A DNA stretch of 64,000 nucleotides from Octopus vulgaris (GCA_951406725.2 OX597816.1:116746001-116810000), one strand, 5' to 3'. Shown: positions 28,395-41,464, counted from the first letter of the stretch. Notes: generated from the letters alone by a model not told the origin. Numbers and translations are program-made.

Positions 28395-28920
28395 ATCCTT
28401 TCTACTATAGGCGCAAAGTCTGAAATTTTGTGGGAAACGAGCTAGTGTATTAGATCGACACGAGGCTTCAACTGGTACGTATTTTATTGACTCCGAAAGG
28501 ATGAAATACAAAATCGACCTCGGCAGAATTTGAAATCAAAACGTAAAGAGCCGGATAAATGCCGCTGAATATTTTGTCCGGTGTATTTATGAATAACATA
28601 AATGTTTCAATAAAATGTCAATGATTAAATGATTAAAGACTATTTAATGGGAAAGTTTCATGTATTATTCACTAGACAATTCCAAGAATAATAAGAACGT
28701 GTATTAAGGCAGCGAGCAAGTAGAAACGCTAGCACGCCGGGTGAAATGTGGAGCCGTATTTCGTCTGTCTTTACGTTCTGAGTTCCAATTCCGCCGAGGT
28801 CGACTTTGCCTTTCATTCTTTCGGGGTCGACAAATAAAGTACCAGTCACACACTGGCGTAGATGTAATCGACTTAATCTTTTTGTCTGTCCTTATTTGTC
28901 CCTCTATGTTTAGCCCCTAC
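28395..28920. mobile_element. Two SINE B copies in opposite orientation (28395-28585 minus, 28706-28920 plus)
   Basis: Core sequence is present on each strand. Confidence 0.8.
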
Positions 28921-29667
28921 GACTGACAATACCACTTACTGACAGTACCCTTACATCTATTGCCACCTTGGAAACTACATCAGTATGTTGTGCCATTAGT
29001 TTTAAACCACTGACATTCATCAGTAGCACTGCCTTCATCAACCTAGCCGCAAGTGCATGGAGGCTTCCCTAACATGGGAGCCTTTATAAAATCCCTCTAT
29101 TTAGTAGAAATAACATGCAAACTTCTCTTAAATCACATACTCAAACTATCATTTTTAAAAAGAATGGAAGTATGAGATAAAGTGATCCTATGTAAACTGA
29201 AAGTAAATAAGAGACTGATTGTTACCAGACGGATTGCTTTTGAGCATACATGTACTCAAAAATGGCCACCTAAAACCAAATAACAACAACAACGACGAAT
29301 TGGCAACCAAGACCTTGCAATGGTTATGTTATAGTTTCGAATACAAGCATTTCTTTCAATTGAAGAAGCTTAACATGTGTGACCAAACATAGGTCTATAG
29401 CTAGAAGAAAAAATATTATGTAACAAGATTTGAATAAGTTATCTATTTGGACATTTATAGCAAATTATTAGACGTTAATTCTCAAAGGTTCTAGCAATTA
29501 ACAACAATATATAATGTGCATACATACATACATACATACATACATACATACATACATACATACATACATACAGATGGAGTGCTCTCCGGATTGAGCGGCT
29601 GTACAGCAGACTCTAAACCACTATTATTTTAGCCCTATGATTTTACATCACTCTAATTCTCCCACTC

Positions 29668-29931
29668 GTGGAGGCTCGTGGCTTAGTGGTTAGGGTGTCA
29701 GCATCAGGATCGTAAGATTGTGGTTTCGATTCATAGACCGGCCGACGCGTTGTGTTCTTGAGCAAAACACTTCATTCCACGTTGCTCCTGTCCACTCAGC
29801 TGGCAAAAATAAGTAACGCTGCGATGGACTGGCGTCCCGTCCAGCTGGGGAACACATACGCCATTGAAACCGAGAAACTGGGCCCATGAGCCGGGCTAGG
29901 CTTTAAAAGGGCACTTTTATTTTTATTTTAT
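29668..29931 (+). mobile_element. SINE family C with 14-bp TSD
   Basis: A-box tggcttagtgg, B-box-like gtttcgattc, (TTTTA)n tail. TSD taattctcccactc at 29654-29667 and 29932-29945. Confidence 0.9.
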
Positions 29932-30335
29932 TAATTCTCCCACTCAAGCATTTTTTTGCTTTTTTTGCTTTTTCCGGTTTTTCAACCTTCAACCTTTTAG
30001 ATCTACTTCCTTCTCGTCTTTTCTCGATTTTTCTCTTATCCTATCGTCCTGCTTTTTAGCTTGTTATGTCATGTATGCACACGCTGAAGATTGCATGAAA
30101 GCACTAGACGTGCTAAAAGATGGTGTCTGAGCAGTTTTCATTGAATGAAATTGTGCTTATTAAATAATACATACATACATACGTACGTACATACATACAT
30201 ACATGCATGCATACATACGTGCGTACAGACATACATGCATGCATGCATACATACATACATACATACATACATACATACATACATACATACATACATACAT
30301 ACATACACGCGCAGAGCCCTACATATATTATTATT

Positions 30336-30540
30336 AGGTGGCGAGCTGTCTGAATCGTTAGCTCGCTGGATGAAATGGTTAGCGGTATTCCGCCCGTTGC
30401 TACGTTCAGAGTTCAAATTCCACCGAAGTCGACTTTTCCTTTTATCCTTTCGGGGGTCGATAAATTAAGTACCAGTGAAACACTGGAGTTGATGTGATCG
30501 ATTGTCCCCCTGCCAACAAAAATCCAGGCCTTGTGCCTTT
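30336..30540 (+). mobile_element. SINE family B
   Basis: Head, B-box and core present. The 3' end is interrupted by a SINE A tail. Confidence 0.85.
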
Positions 30541-30722
30541 ATTCTTTTACTTGTTCCAGTTATTTGACTATGGCCATGCTGGGGCACCGCCTTGAGTCGA
30601 AGAAATCGACCCCAGGCCAGGACTTATTTTTTGTAAGCCTAGTACTTATTCTATCGGGCCCTTTTGTCGAACCGCTAGATTGTGGGGACATAAACACATC
30701 AACATCGGTTGTCAAATACATA

Positions 30723-30798
<76 letters not shown>

Positions 30799-31815
30799 AT
30801 ACATACATACGACGGGCTTCTTTCAGAATCGCACCTCTCCTGGAAAAATGCATTTTTTTTTTTTTTTAATTTCGGATTTCTACGTCTAAGATGTCAGAGA
30901 TTACGAATATGCAATTTTTTTTATTTCACCCACACCCACCATCCAATTTAAAATTCTGAAATTTTTTCGAAATTTTTTTTCCTCTATTTTAGATGACAGA
31001 GATTCCGAATATGCAAGAAACCAATTTTTCAAAATTTTAAATTTAATAAGCGTATAGAAATGTCTATAAAGAGATAGAAAGATATGAATGTCTTCCTGGG
31101 GCTAAAAACAACAGGAACACCGTATTCTATAGGACCGCCACAATTAGTTGACAAATATATTTCAAGAATAAACGGATAAGAATAAATAGATAGACAGACA
31201 AATAAATAAATGGATGAAAAAATTCAAAATTTAAAATTGTGGGAGGGGTGAAATTTGAGCCTCTTATTAAACTTTATAATATTAATCATTAAACATATTA
31301 ATGTTTGTTTCCCATAAAATGGTATATATTTATAATTGTCAACCAAATGTAGCGTGATATATCTCCAATATCTCGCTTTGAGATTTAATATAGGTGTATA
31401 ATTAATTTACATTCAATTATTATATAGATTATTTAAGGCAAACAAGTAAAACGCAAATTATTTTCACTTTAATGTTTTTTGTCCATATTTAATTTCGATT
31501 TGCTTATATTCGTCAATTCGATACAATCTCTTTAAAGTAAGCAAATCAAAATTTCTAATCGGACGCGGCAGGGAAGAGGTGGGGGTGAAATTAAAAAAAC
31601 TTTTTTGCATATTCGTAATTTCCGACATCCAAAACGTAAGAATCCGAAAACAAATTTCCAAAAAATGCGTTTTTCAAGAAGAGGTGCGATTCTTTATTAG
31701 CCCCCACAGGGCTTTGGTCGGCCCCAGGATATAGTAGAAGACACTTGCCAAAGATGCCACACAATGGGACTGAACCCGGAACCATGTGTTGGGAAGCAAG
31801 CTTCTTGCCACAGAG
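30541..31815 (-). mobile_element. SINE family A split by a nested TIR element (halves 30541-30824 and 31704-31815)
   Basis: The two halves are colinear with intact copy 59520-59931. Confidence 0.85.
30825..31703. mobile_element. Non-autonomous DNA transposon with ~120-bp imperfect TIRs (superfamily unassigned)
   Basis: agaatcgcacctctcctggaaaaatgcattttt...ttcggatttctacg...ttacgaatatgcaa mirrors ttgcatattcgtaa...cgtaagaatccgaa...aaaaatgcgtttttcaagaagaggtgcgattct. AT-rich noncoding interior; no clear TSD. Confidence 0.85.
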
Positions 31816-31835
31816 CCAGTCTTGCTGTAGAAAGG

Positions 31836-31913
<78 letters not shown>

Positions 31914-31915
<2 letters not shown>

Positions 31916-32105
31916 GGCAGCGTGCTGGCAGAGTCGTCAACGTGCTGGACGAAATGCTTACCGGTATTTCGCCCGTCGTAACGTTCTGAATTCAAATTTC
32001 GCCGATTTGCCTTTGCCTTTCATCATTTTGGAGTCGATAAATTAAGTACCAATAAAGTACTAGGGTCGATGTGATCAATTCTCTCTCGTCGCCACAAAAA
32101 TCCAG
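31914..32105 (+). mobile_element. SINE family B
   Basis: Head follows an (ATT)n tract; core present. Confidence 0.8.
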
Positions 32106-32109
32106 GCTG

Positions 32110-34075
32110 GAGATGTACTACAGTGTCAGCTGTTCACTACCAGTGAACTAAGGTAACACTCCTTATTTTTCGAGCGCCATCCAGAGTATTCGAACGGTTC
32201 CAAGCAGTGCTGTTTTCTGCAGGTGCTCCACCCTTATTTGTTCCATGTACTCCTCAAGATTTTTACTCACTTTTCCCAGGGCTCCAACAATTATTGGTAC
32301 TACTACCACCTTTTTCAGTGACCACAACTGCTTAATCACCCAAGCTAACCTATCATATCTATCGACTTTTATTTCTTCCTTATTGCATACCTTGTTGTCA
32401 GCTAGGCATGCTAGATCTATGATCCAGCATAGTTTGTATTCTTTCTCAACACTATGTCTGGTTCCCTATTCTCTATCTCATGGTCGTACTGAATCATAAA
32501 ATCCCATAAGATCTTTGCATTATCATTTTCGATGATGCCTTCGGGTTTATGCCCGTACCACTTTTGTGCTCTGTCAAATCCATACTTGTTGCAAAGTATC
32601 CAATGAACAACCCTTGCTATATTGTCATGACGTCTCATATTCTTTCTGGGCTAGTGGCGTACATTGACTGGTAATATGCCATACGGTTTCACCGTTTTGT
32701 CCACAAATTCTGCACTTATCACTTTCTGATGTGTTGTCTATTCTGTATTTGATGTAATTCGTTCTTAATGCTTGCTCTTGGGCAGCAATGATTAGAGCCT
32801 CTGTTTCCTTATCAAATTGACCATGCATTTTTTCTTTCTCTACCTATTTTTAGTTTCATTCATTCTCAAGTCCTTATACAGTGCTTTATCTTTGCAGTCT
32901 TCCATCCTACACAAGCCTGACCGTCTTACTTCCAATAATAGTGGTTCTGTGGTATTCTTTACACACCATACTATGTTGTTTTCTTCTGCTTTAATGCTGT
33001 GCTCGCAAACAATCATCTTCTTCCCCTCTTTTTCTTGGTACATACAGTCTGTCTATGTCACTCTTTGGGTGGAGTATCTCATATCTAGTTAGCAACTTTC
33101 TTGTCTTTCTATCTAAGCTATTTTAGTTCATCTTCTCTCCACGCGATACCCCTGCTCCATATCTAAGGAGTGAAACAGCCCAGGTGTTGATAGCTTCAAT
33201 CTTATTCTGTCCATTTAATTTCGACTTAAGGATCAGTCTCAGTCTGCGCAAGTATACCACCTTAAATTTTTCTGTCATTTCTTTGTACATCAATTTATCC
33301 ATTAAGTACTTATAGCCCGTCTCTTCTATTTGCTTTATAACCACCACCACCCCGCGATGGGGGAGGTTATACATTTAATTTTGTCTATCTTCAAGACTAT
33401 ACTTTTAATTTTGTCCATACATTTAATTTTGTTTCTCTTCAAGACTAATGCATAACACTTTCTCAGTCCGAACTCCATTCTGATATCAGCACTGAAAGTA
33501 TACACCGTATCAACAAGGGAACTGACTTGAGATTCATCTTTACCATAAAGTTTGAGGTCATCCATGAATAACAAGCAGTTGACTTTTTGAATATATACCC
33601 TTTCCTCAGAATCAGTGTTAGTAGTATTATGCACAGTACAAAGATCAGTGGGGACAGGCAGTGCTCTTTGAAGATGCTTCTCCTGATTGCTATTGTCCCT
33701 AAACTTCTTCCATATGCTGTCAGTTCCCTCCTCTATTTTGCCATATTTTTTCCAAGCAATCGTTCAACATTCGATTCAATACCAAATAGGTTTAGACATT
33801 CCGCAATCCAAGAATGTGGGATCAAATCGCATGCCTTACGATAATCGATCCATGACATGGCTAAGTTAGCTTTCCTCCACTTGAAGTCTCTAAATACAGT
33901 TTTGTCTACCAGGAGTTGATCCTTGGTACCTCTTCACTTACGCTTGCACCTATCCTTCTCATGAGGCAGAACTCCATTTTTTTCACGATGTCCGTACACT
34001 GACTCTGCAACTATTCCAGTCAATAATTTCCACATAAGTGGCAAGCAAAAATATCGGCCTGTAATTATCTACTGT
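32110..34075 (-). mobile_element. R4/Dong-type retrotransposon, 5'-truncated (RT, CCHC knuckle, RLE nuclease), pseudogenised
   Basis: LLFMDDLKLY, MEFGLRKC, INTWAVSLLRY, IIAAQEQALRT, CRICGQNGETVWHITSQC, RRHDNIARVVHW, ILWDF...EPDI, QKTALLGT. Confidence 0.93.
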
Positions 34076-34094
34076 TTTCTGCAGCTGTACTAAG

Positions 34095-35210
34095 CTGGCT
34101 TTTATGCTTATTTCCTCAATTCATCTGTTCAGATCTGTAGAGATAGTTCCCAATGCAGCTATAACTATTGGGATACATTTTACCCGCACTTTCCATATTC
34201 CCTGTAATTCAATAGCTAGGTCCTAGTACTTTGCTATTTTTCTATACTTCTCATATTCATTTTTTCCTCATTTGGGACTGTAAAAACAATTATCTGGCGC
34301 TTTCTATTCACTTTATCTACAACTACTAAATCAAGCATTCTAGTTTCTATTATTCTGTCAATCTGATTGTTAAAGTCCCACAACATCTTGTATTTGTTAT
34401 CTTCTATTAGGTTCCATTAGGTTCATACCATTTATCAGTATGTTCAAATCCTAGCTTTCTACATAGCTCCCAGTGGATTACTCTCCCTGGATAGTCATGT
34501 CATTTCTTGCATTCTTTCTGTACCAGCATGAGTAACGCTTTCCTCTTTTAATTTTCATAATATACATTGGGAATCTACTTGGTTTTTGTCTATCTTAGAT
34601 TTCATTAAATTAGTCCTTAATACTTCATCTTGTGCAGCTACTAAGAAACTTACTTTCTTCTCTTCAGTTTTCCTTTCTGTAGCTATAACTATGTCTCACT
34701 ACTATATGCTGAAATTATCTTTTTCTACAATGCAACACCTTCTCCTGTCAGTCAGATAATTTCTGTTCTTTTCTGTTTTTTAATTTCGTTTGGTGTCTTG
34801 ATTTCCCTATGTCTTGCTGTGACTCTAGCAGCTTTTAATAAACTTTCTTCATTATTACCTACATAGGAGTCTATATCTACTCTAGCTAACTCCACGCAGT
34901 CTTCTGATATTAACCCTCTTCCGCCTTACTTTCTAGGTAAATGTAATCTTGCTATTCCTGCCCTTGGGTAGAGTCCTCCATTCATATTGAATTTCTTCCT
35001 AATGCTTCTGTCTAGCTTTGCTAATTCAGTGTTTATCCAATCTATAAAAGCTGTTGAATATGTAAGTAATGATACGGCCGAAGTATTTACAGCCTTCCCT
35101 AGATTTGGACTATTTAGCTTTAACTTAATTAGCTTCCTCACCCTTCTGATGTACTCCTCAAGTTTCGCTTTCATCTCTGTAGTTAGTATCCTGTCATATT
35201 TTAATATACA
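34095..35210 (-). mobile_element. R4/Dong-type retrotransposon 3' half, pseudogenised
   Basis: KLEEYIRRVRKLIKLKLNSPNLGKAVNT...ARLHLPRK*GGRGL, VAAQDE, IHWELCRK, LWDFN. Confidence 0.88.
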
Positions 35211-35527
35211 GTTTCTCTATGATTCTGAGGTCGAAGGCCTTGCATCTTTCTTTGTGTTCCTGTGCAATAAGTTGGTATAAAAATCTTTATTTCGATTAGT
35301 AAATTTAAGTATGTTCTCTTTCGAATATATAGTCCTTAAGTCTGGTCTAAGCTTATTCTAGGATTATTGGTTCTATTTCTAAATTTCACGCTTCAATCTT
35401 CAAGTCATTATGCTAAAGTGATTTTCAAAAAGCCTGCAATAGCAATTTACGATGAACACAATTGTAAGATCTGATTTCTTTCAGTTAATTAATGTTACTT
35501 TCAATCTTTTAAACTGCTTCTATAAAT

Positions 35528-35935
35528 TCTTATTTCTTTACTGCCCACAAGGGGCCAAACATAGAGGGGACAAACAAGGACAGACAAAGGTATGAAGTGG
35601 ATTACATCGACCCCAGTGCGTAACTGGTACTTAATTTAACGACCCCGAAAGGATAAAAGGCAAAGTCGACCTCGGCGGAATTTGAACTCAGAACGTAACA
35701 GCAGACGAAATACCTATTTCTTTACTACCCACAAGGGGCTAAACACAAAGGGGACAAACAAGGACAGACAAACGGATTAAGTCGATTATATGGACCACAG
35801 TGCGTAACTGGTACTTATTTAATCGACCCCGAAAGGATGAGAGGCAAAGTCGACCTCGGCGGAATTTGAACTCACAACGTAGCAGCAGATGAAATACAGC
35901 TAAGCATTTCGCCCGGCGTGCTAACGATTCTGCCA
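35528..35935 (-). mobile_element. Dimeric SINE B
   Basis: Two units with a 184-bp period; colinear with 27505-27922. Confidence 0.9.
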
Positions 35936-36129
35936 AGTTTATGTAGTTATGCTCTTAATGATTTCACTGTTTCCATCGCCCAACAGTTTCTATACTACGG
36001 TGCATATAAACTGGTAAATCCACGACGACTTTATGTTATGATAATGAGGCGACACACACCTCCATGTATTTTGTTAATGAACGCCAAACGACTAAAACAC
36101 AACCAGAACTGCAGAAAATATAGAAAGTA

Positions 36130-36384
36130 TTGGGTTGATGCATAATTAGTGCGGCTTTTTGTCAACAAATTTTATTCAACAAAAACAATAACAACATGTA
36201 ACAAGAACATCTTTAAATGATTATTCCGGGGCATATTCACCATCTACTTCAATTACTGCTTCCAATTTGCTTGGCAGACGGTCAGACCGTCATTTAAAGA
36301 TGTTTTTGTTAAATATTGCTATTGTTTTTGTTGAATAAAATTTGTTAGAAAAAAAAATGCCGCAATAATTATGCACCAACCCAA
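36130..36384. mobile_element. Mariner-type MITE with ~90-bp TIRs and TA TSD
   Basis: TA|ttgggttgatgcataatta... and ...taattatgcaccaacccaa|TA. Arms extend inward to catctttaaatg/catttaaagatg. Confidence 0.9.
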
Positions 36385-37235
36385 TATATTTGTTGCCGAT
36401 CTTACGACGTGTTTCTTTTTACACCAATCCTGCAAAGTAAATTGGTATTATAAAATTGATATCGTATCTCTTTATTAAGGTTCGACTGCTTTCAACTGTC
36501 TACAGAAATGGTGCTGTAAGCAATACTTTACGTAAATGTAAACGTAATCAGGCTGTACCTAATCATGTTTACAGAACATATTAATTAACTAGAGCACCAC
36601 CATATCGATTCTGAGATTACAATTAAAACCAATATTACGATCACATATTTAATAAATTTATTATCTTTTGTAGTCTCGCTCTGAACAGAGAAACCAGGTA
36701 AAACTTCAGTTTCAACGGCCAGGAAGAAAATTCGAATCCAATAACGATTCATTGAATGATAAGCTTTCGTCAAAGCTATCGTCAGGATTCCGATAGTTAA
36801 TGATGACGATGCTTTTAACGAAATCCAGAACTAATACATTAAAAAGATTCAATCTTCTTTGTATGTCGAGAAACATAGTTTGAACTATTGAATGGGTATT
36901 TTATTTTCACATCGAGTTTCAAAGAAATAAAATGTTCACTAAATGTATATCAAGATTATTTAAAATTTTAATCCTATTTACGTAATGTCAGTAGTCTGGT
37001 TTTTATATATATACATACATATATATACAGACATCATATATATATATTTATATTTATATTTATATTTATATTTATATATCGTATATCATCTTTCAACATA
37101 AGTCTTCTGTACTGATGTAAGTTATATAGTTTGTGTCTGTATATGCACACAAAATTCAGATGTATGTGTTTGCGTATTCATATATATATATATATATACA
37201 CACGAGCCTATGAAAATATATAAATGTATGTATAA

Positions 37236-37311
<76 letters not shown>

Positions 37312-37449
37312 TTGTATATTTATAACTATTAATTAATAAATGTGTTCTTAAATTTAACAACACAAAAATCATTAACTGAGAAAATGAAAATTCAAAATGT
37401 AAGTTTTTAAATTTTGCTTAATGTAGGTATGGAATGTATGTATTTAACG

Positions 37450-37529
<80 letters not shown>

Positions 37530-37606
37530 GTATATATATACATATATTTATATATGTATATATATATCTATGTACCTATATATCTATGTACCTATATATC
37601 TATGTA

Positions 37607-37667
<61 letters not shown>

Positions 37668-38618
37668 GCGAAAATGATAGATAGAGAGAGCGAGAGGCGG
37701 AGGAGTCCATGTGTTTGATAAGTGTGTCCCTTTGAATTGTGACAACTCATAGTCTTGTTTATTGGTTGCTAAATAATTTAATGTACGCTGTATTTTAAAA
37801 CTTTGTCTTAATTAAATTTCCTTTCCTTAAACTTAAATAAGTTGTATTAAGTAGTACTCGCAATATATTTATAGATAATTATTTAAAGTGTCTTACATTT
37901 CACAATCTGACGTTTTCTTTTAACTTGTTAATATTATTTTTTTACTAATATTTAGAAACAAGCCGCTGATAGCGAAAATTTGTGTCTAACGCAAAAGTGC
38001 TGATTCATAAATTTTGTAGATCATAAATATATTAATCGTTGAGATAATGTTAGACAAGGTTTTATTTATTTAGAGTAATCGATTAAAGACCTTTTCTATT
38101 TTTTATTGCTTCAAAGCATATTGAATAGTATAAAATACATTTCATTACTTTCTTACTCAGTTTCTCGTACATCATATACATACATACATACATACATACA
38201 CACACACATGCATACATACATACATACGTACATACATACATACATACATACATACATACATACATACATACATACATACATACATACATACATACATACA
38301 TACATACATACATACATACATAAATACATACATACATACATACATACAAATGGAATATCCAAGAACTTATTTATCGATACCGTTGTACCTAGGGTAAATA
38401 TGCTTGAAAGTTGTGGTTTCTTTGGTTTGTTTTTTTTCCTAAACAACTCTTATAATAGTGCTGTTTACACCTCCGGGTCGAATGGTGCTGCTCAGGTGTT
38501 GAAACCATAACGATATCCGTGGGGCAGCTGATGATGTATGTATGTTGGATTGTTGGTATGGCTGTGGAATAGTACTATAACACATCCTTTTGAGATATAT
38601 ATATATACATACATATAT

Positions 38619-39030
38619 GGCGCAGGAGTGGCTGTGTGGTAAGTAGCTTGCTAACCAACCACATGGTTCCGGGTTCAGTCCCACTGCGTGGCATCTTGGG
38701 CAAGTGTCTTCTGCTATAGCCCCGGGCCGACCAATGCCTTGTGAGTGGATTTGGTAGACGGAAACTGAAAGAAGCCTGTCGTATATATATATATAAGTGT
38801 GTGTGTATATGTTTGTGTGTCTGTGTTTGTCCCCCTAGCATTGCTTGACAGCCGATGCTGGTGTGTTTACGTCCCCATCACTTAGCGGTTCGGCAAAAAG
38901 AGACCGATAGAATAAGTACTGGGCTTACAAAGAATAAATCCCGGGGTCGATTTGCTCGACTAAAGGTGGTGCTCCAGCATGGCCGCAGTCAAATGACTGA
39001 AACAAGTAAAAGAGTAAAAAGAGTAAAGAG
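38619..39030 (+). mobile_element. SINE family A, young full-length copy
   Basis: tRNA-like head ggcgcaggagtggctgtgtggtaag...gggttcagtccc, internal (TA)/(TG) tract, (GAGTAAAA)n tail. Probable TSD tatatacatacata. Confidence 0.92.
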
Positions 39031-39194
39031 TATATACATACATAAATACATACATACATATACACGCAAGTGCACATACACATGTAGGTATGCATGCATG
39101 TGTATGTGTATGTGTGGTACGATGAGTTTTATTGAAGTTCTTCTCAAGAGAGTTCAGGACGATCGCTGAACCGCTGTCGGTGACAAGGATTTTT

Positions 39195-39402
39195 TAGTTA
39201 AGAGAGTTCACGGTGATTGTAAATATGTGGTTGAGTTAGTGTGCTGGTTGAGCTGTCAATCAACACGGGTGTGTGCATCAATTCATCTCAAGAATACAGA
39301 ATCTCGGAGAATCTTTGGAATATCTTCCAAATCTTCAGATTCGATTTACTGAAGAATCCCTGTGTGTCTCTTTTGCTCTTTCTTCGTCAAACCTGTTATT
39401 TC

Positions 39403-39452
<50 letters not shown>

Positions 39453-40340
39453 AAATTAGGTACATAACCTAATACGCCTATTGATAATAGTTACAAATGA
39501 GAATTTATTGTCAAGGTAGAAGAGCTGCAAGTTCCACATTAATTCTGCATAAATTTTCTCTTTCTCCTGGACTTTTGATTGTACATTCACATACGCTGGG
39601 AAGCTGACCTCTATGTATGTAAGCATATTTGCTCTTTGAATTTTATTTAAGTTCTTGAGAGAGTAACAAAGTAACAAGACTTTTTGAATTAAGAGAGTTC
39701 CAGGTATGTAGTTGACTTGGTGTGTTGGTTGAACTGTCGATGCTTACACATAAGTGTGAGCATCGATTCACATAAGAATCTCACACGGAGGATTTTTGAA
39801 ATATCTTACAAATCTACACTGTACCACTAATAGATTCGATTTGGAGAATATCTGCGTCAATTTATTTTGCTCTTTTTCCGTGAAACCAAGTATTTCTAGG
39901 TTTTTGGGTAAATTTGTTGGTACGCAACCTAATGCACCTATGATGGTTGGTACAAATGAGAATTCATTGACAAGATACAAGGAATGTAATTTCTGCATTA
40001 ATTCACCATATATGTCCTCTTTGTCCTGGACGTTTGGTTGTACATTCACATCTGCTGGGCATCTGACCTCTACAACAGAGCATGACTTTTGTTCCCTTCC
40101 CACAGAGCAATATCAGGTCTGTTGTATTTGCACTGAATTGATTTTTTTTTTATTAGGGTGTTGCATCAGTATTCCTTGTTTTTAAAAGTGTGAATACCTG
40201 CTGATTCTAACATACCTTTGGTGTAAACGTCAGGACAGTGCTTCCTGCAGATAGCATTGTAAATAGTTTTGGCGACTATATCATGCCTCATGGGTAGATA
40301 GTATCTCGTAGACATTTTGGGGCAGATGATGATATGAGTA
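39195..40340 (-). mobile_element. RLE-type non-LTR retrotransposon 3' ends, two diverged tandem copies
   Basis: CPKMSTRYYLPMRHDIVAK and VVEVRCPADVNV...FSFVPTIIGALG. A paralogous EVSFPAYVNV...FSFVTII and 3' UTR are repeated at 39195-39620. Confidence 0.82.
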
Positions 40341-40714
40341 TATTTTAACATACACATCTCTTCTTCCCTCTCTATCCACTTAATACTACCACTACATTCT
40401 CAAATTTTCATTCACACCACAAAACCCCTTTGAATGAACAGCATATGGAATCTACGTCTCCACACTTTCTATTTATGATGACAAAATAGGAACTCCTATT
40501 GGAATTTACATACCACGGACAGGAAGTATTTATTCCACTTCTACACACCACTTCCCTTGGATAATGGAACTGCAACTATAACATCTTTATACATTTTTAT
40601 TTTTATTTCTACATTCATTCTCCTATTTCCCTATATACTCCTTATTTGCTTCCTTTTCCAAAATAACTCCTATATTGAACTCTAATATTTCCCTCTATTT
40701 AACCATCTCACATC

Positions 40715-40762
40715 GTCTCTGATGATGGGATATCCCTAAAATCCCAAAAACAGCTATAAGAC
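40715..40762 (+). ncRNA. Degenerate type I minimal hammerhead ribozyme (Penelope-associated type)
   Basis: gtct-CTGATGA-tgggat(9 nt)atccca-AAAAC-agct-ATA-agac. Stem I is 4 bp and stem II 6 bp, both perfect; helix III loop is palindromic. Two G>A changes against GAAAC-AGCT-GUA. Confidence 0.7.
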
Positions 40763-41051
40763 TAACTTTCTCATTATAAATGTCCTGAAAACTCCACACA
40801 CCTTTGGCTTTGTGGTCTCATTTTATTTGACATATACATGCCCATACAAGACCCGTATTAGACTCCTCACTCGTATCATTATCGAACCGAGAGTTTAACT
40901 ACGGTCTTTCCATGGTACTTACATAGCATTACGTGCCACCTTGCATCTTCTAGATGCCTATACCTCTCATACCTTTGCTTCCTATATATATATATATTTC
41001 ATTTTGGGAGTTTGTTTGTACGATTCTTTATATGAGTTCGTGTGCTGAAGG

Positions 41052-41324
41052 ATATTCTGTTGTGTCTGAGGAGAGTCATTTTCTTTTTGTGCCTTATAAT
41101 GTAACACACTCACCGGTAAAATTTCCACTTATTTCTTATTTTTTATTTTCCTAAAATTTTCGTTGCGTCTTGCAACCTTTTCAATAGTCTTGACTCAAGA
41201 CTATTGAAAAAGTTGCAAGACGCAACGAAATTTTAGGAAAATAAGAATAAGAAATAAGTGGAAATTTTACCGGTGTGTTACATTATAAGGCACAAAAAGA
41301 AAATTACTCTCCTCAGACACAACA

Positions 41325-41330
<6 letters not shown>
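41052..41330. repeat. Near-perfect ~280-bp palindrome (1-nt spacer at 41194)
   Basis: Arms atattctgttgtgtctgaggagag...caatagtcttga and tcaagactattg...ctctcctcagacacaacagaatat, with few mismatches or indels. Confidence 0.95.
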
Positions 41331-41381
<51 letters not shown>

Positions 41382-41464
41382 AACTTCCCTGACGTATACA
41401 TCAAAAGCATGTCAGAATCAGTAAGCATTCACACCCTAAACAAACAAGGAATACTGGTGAAACA

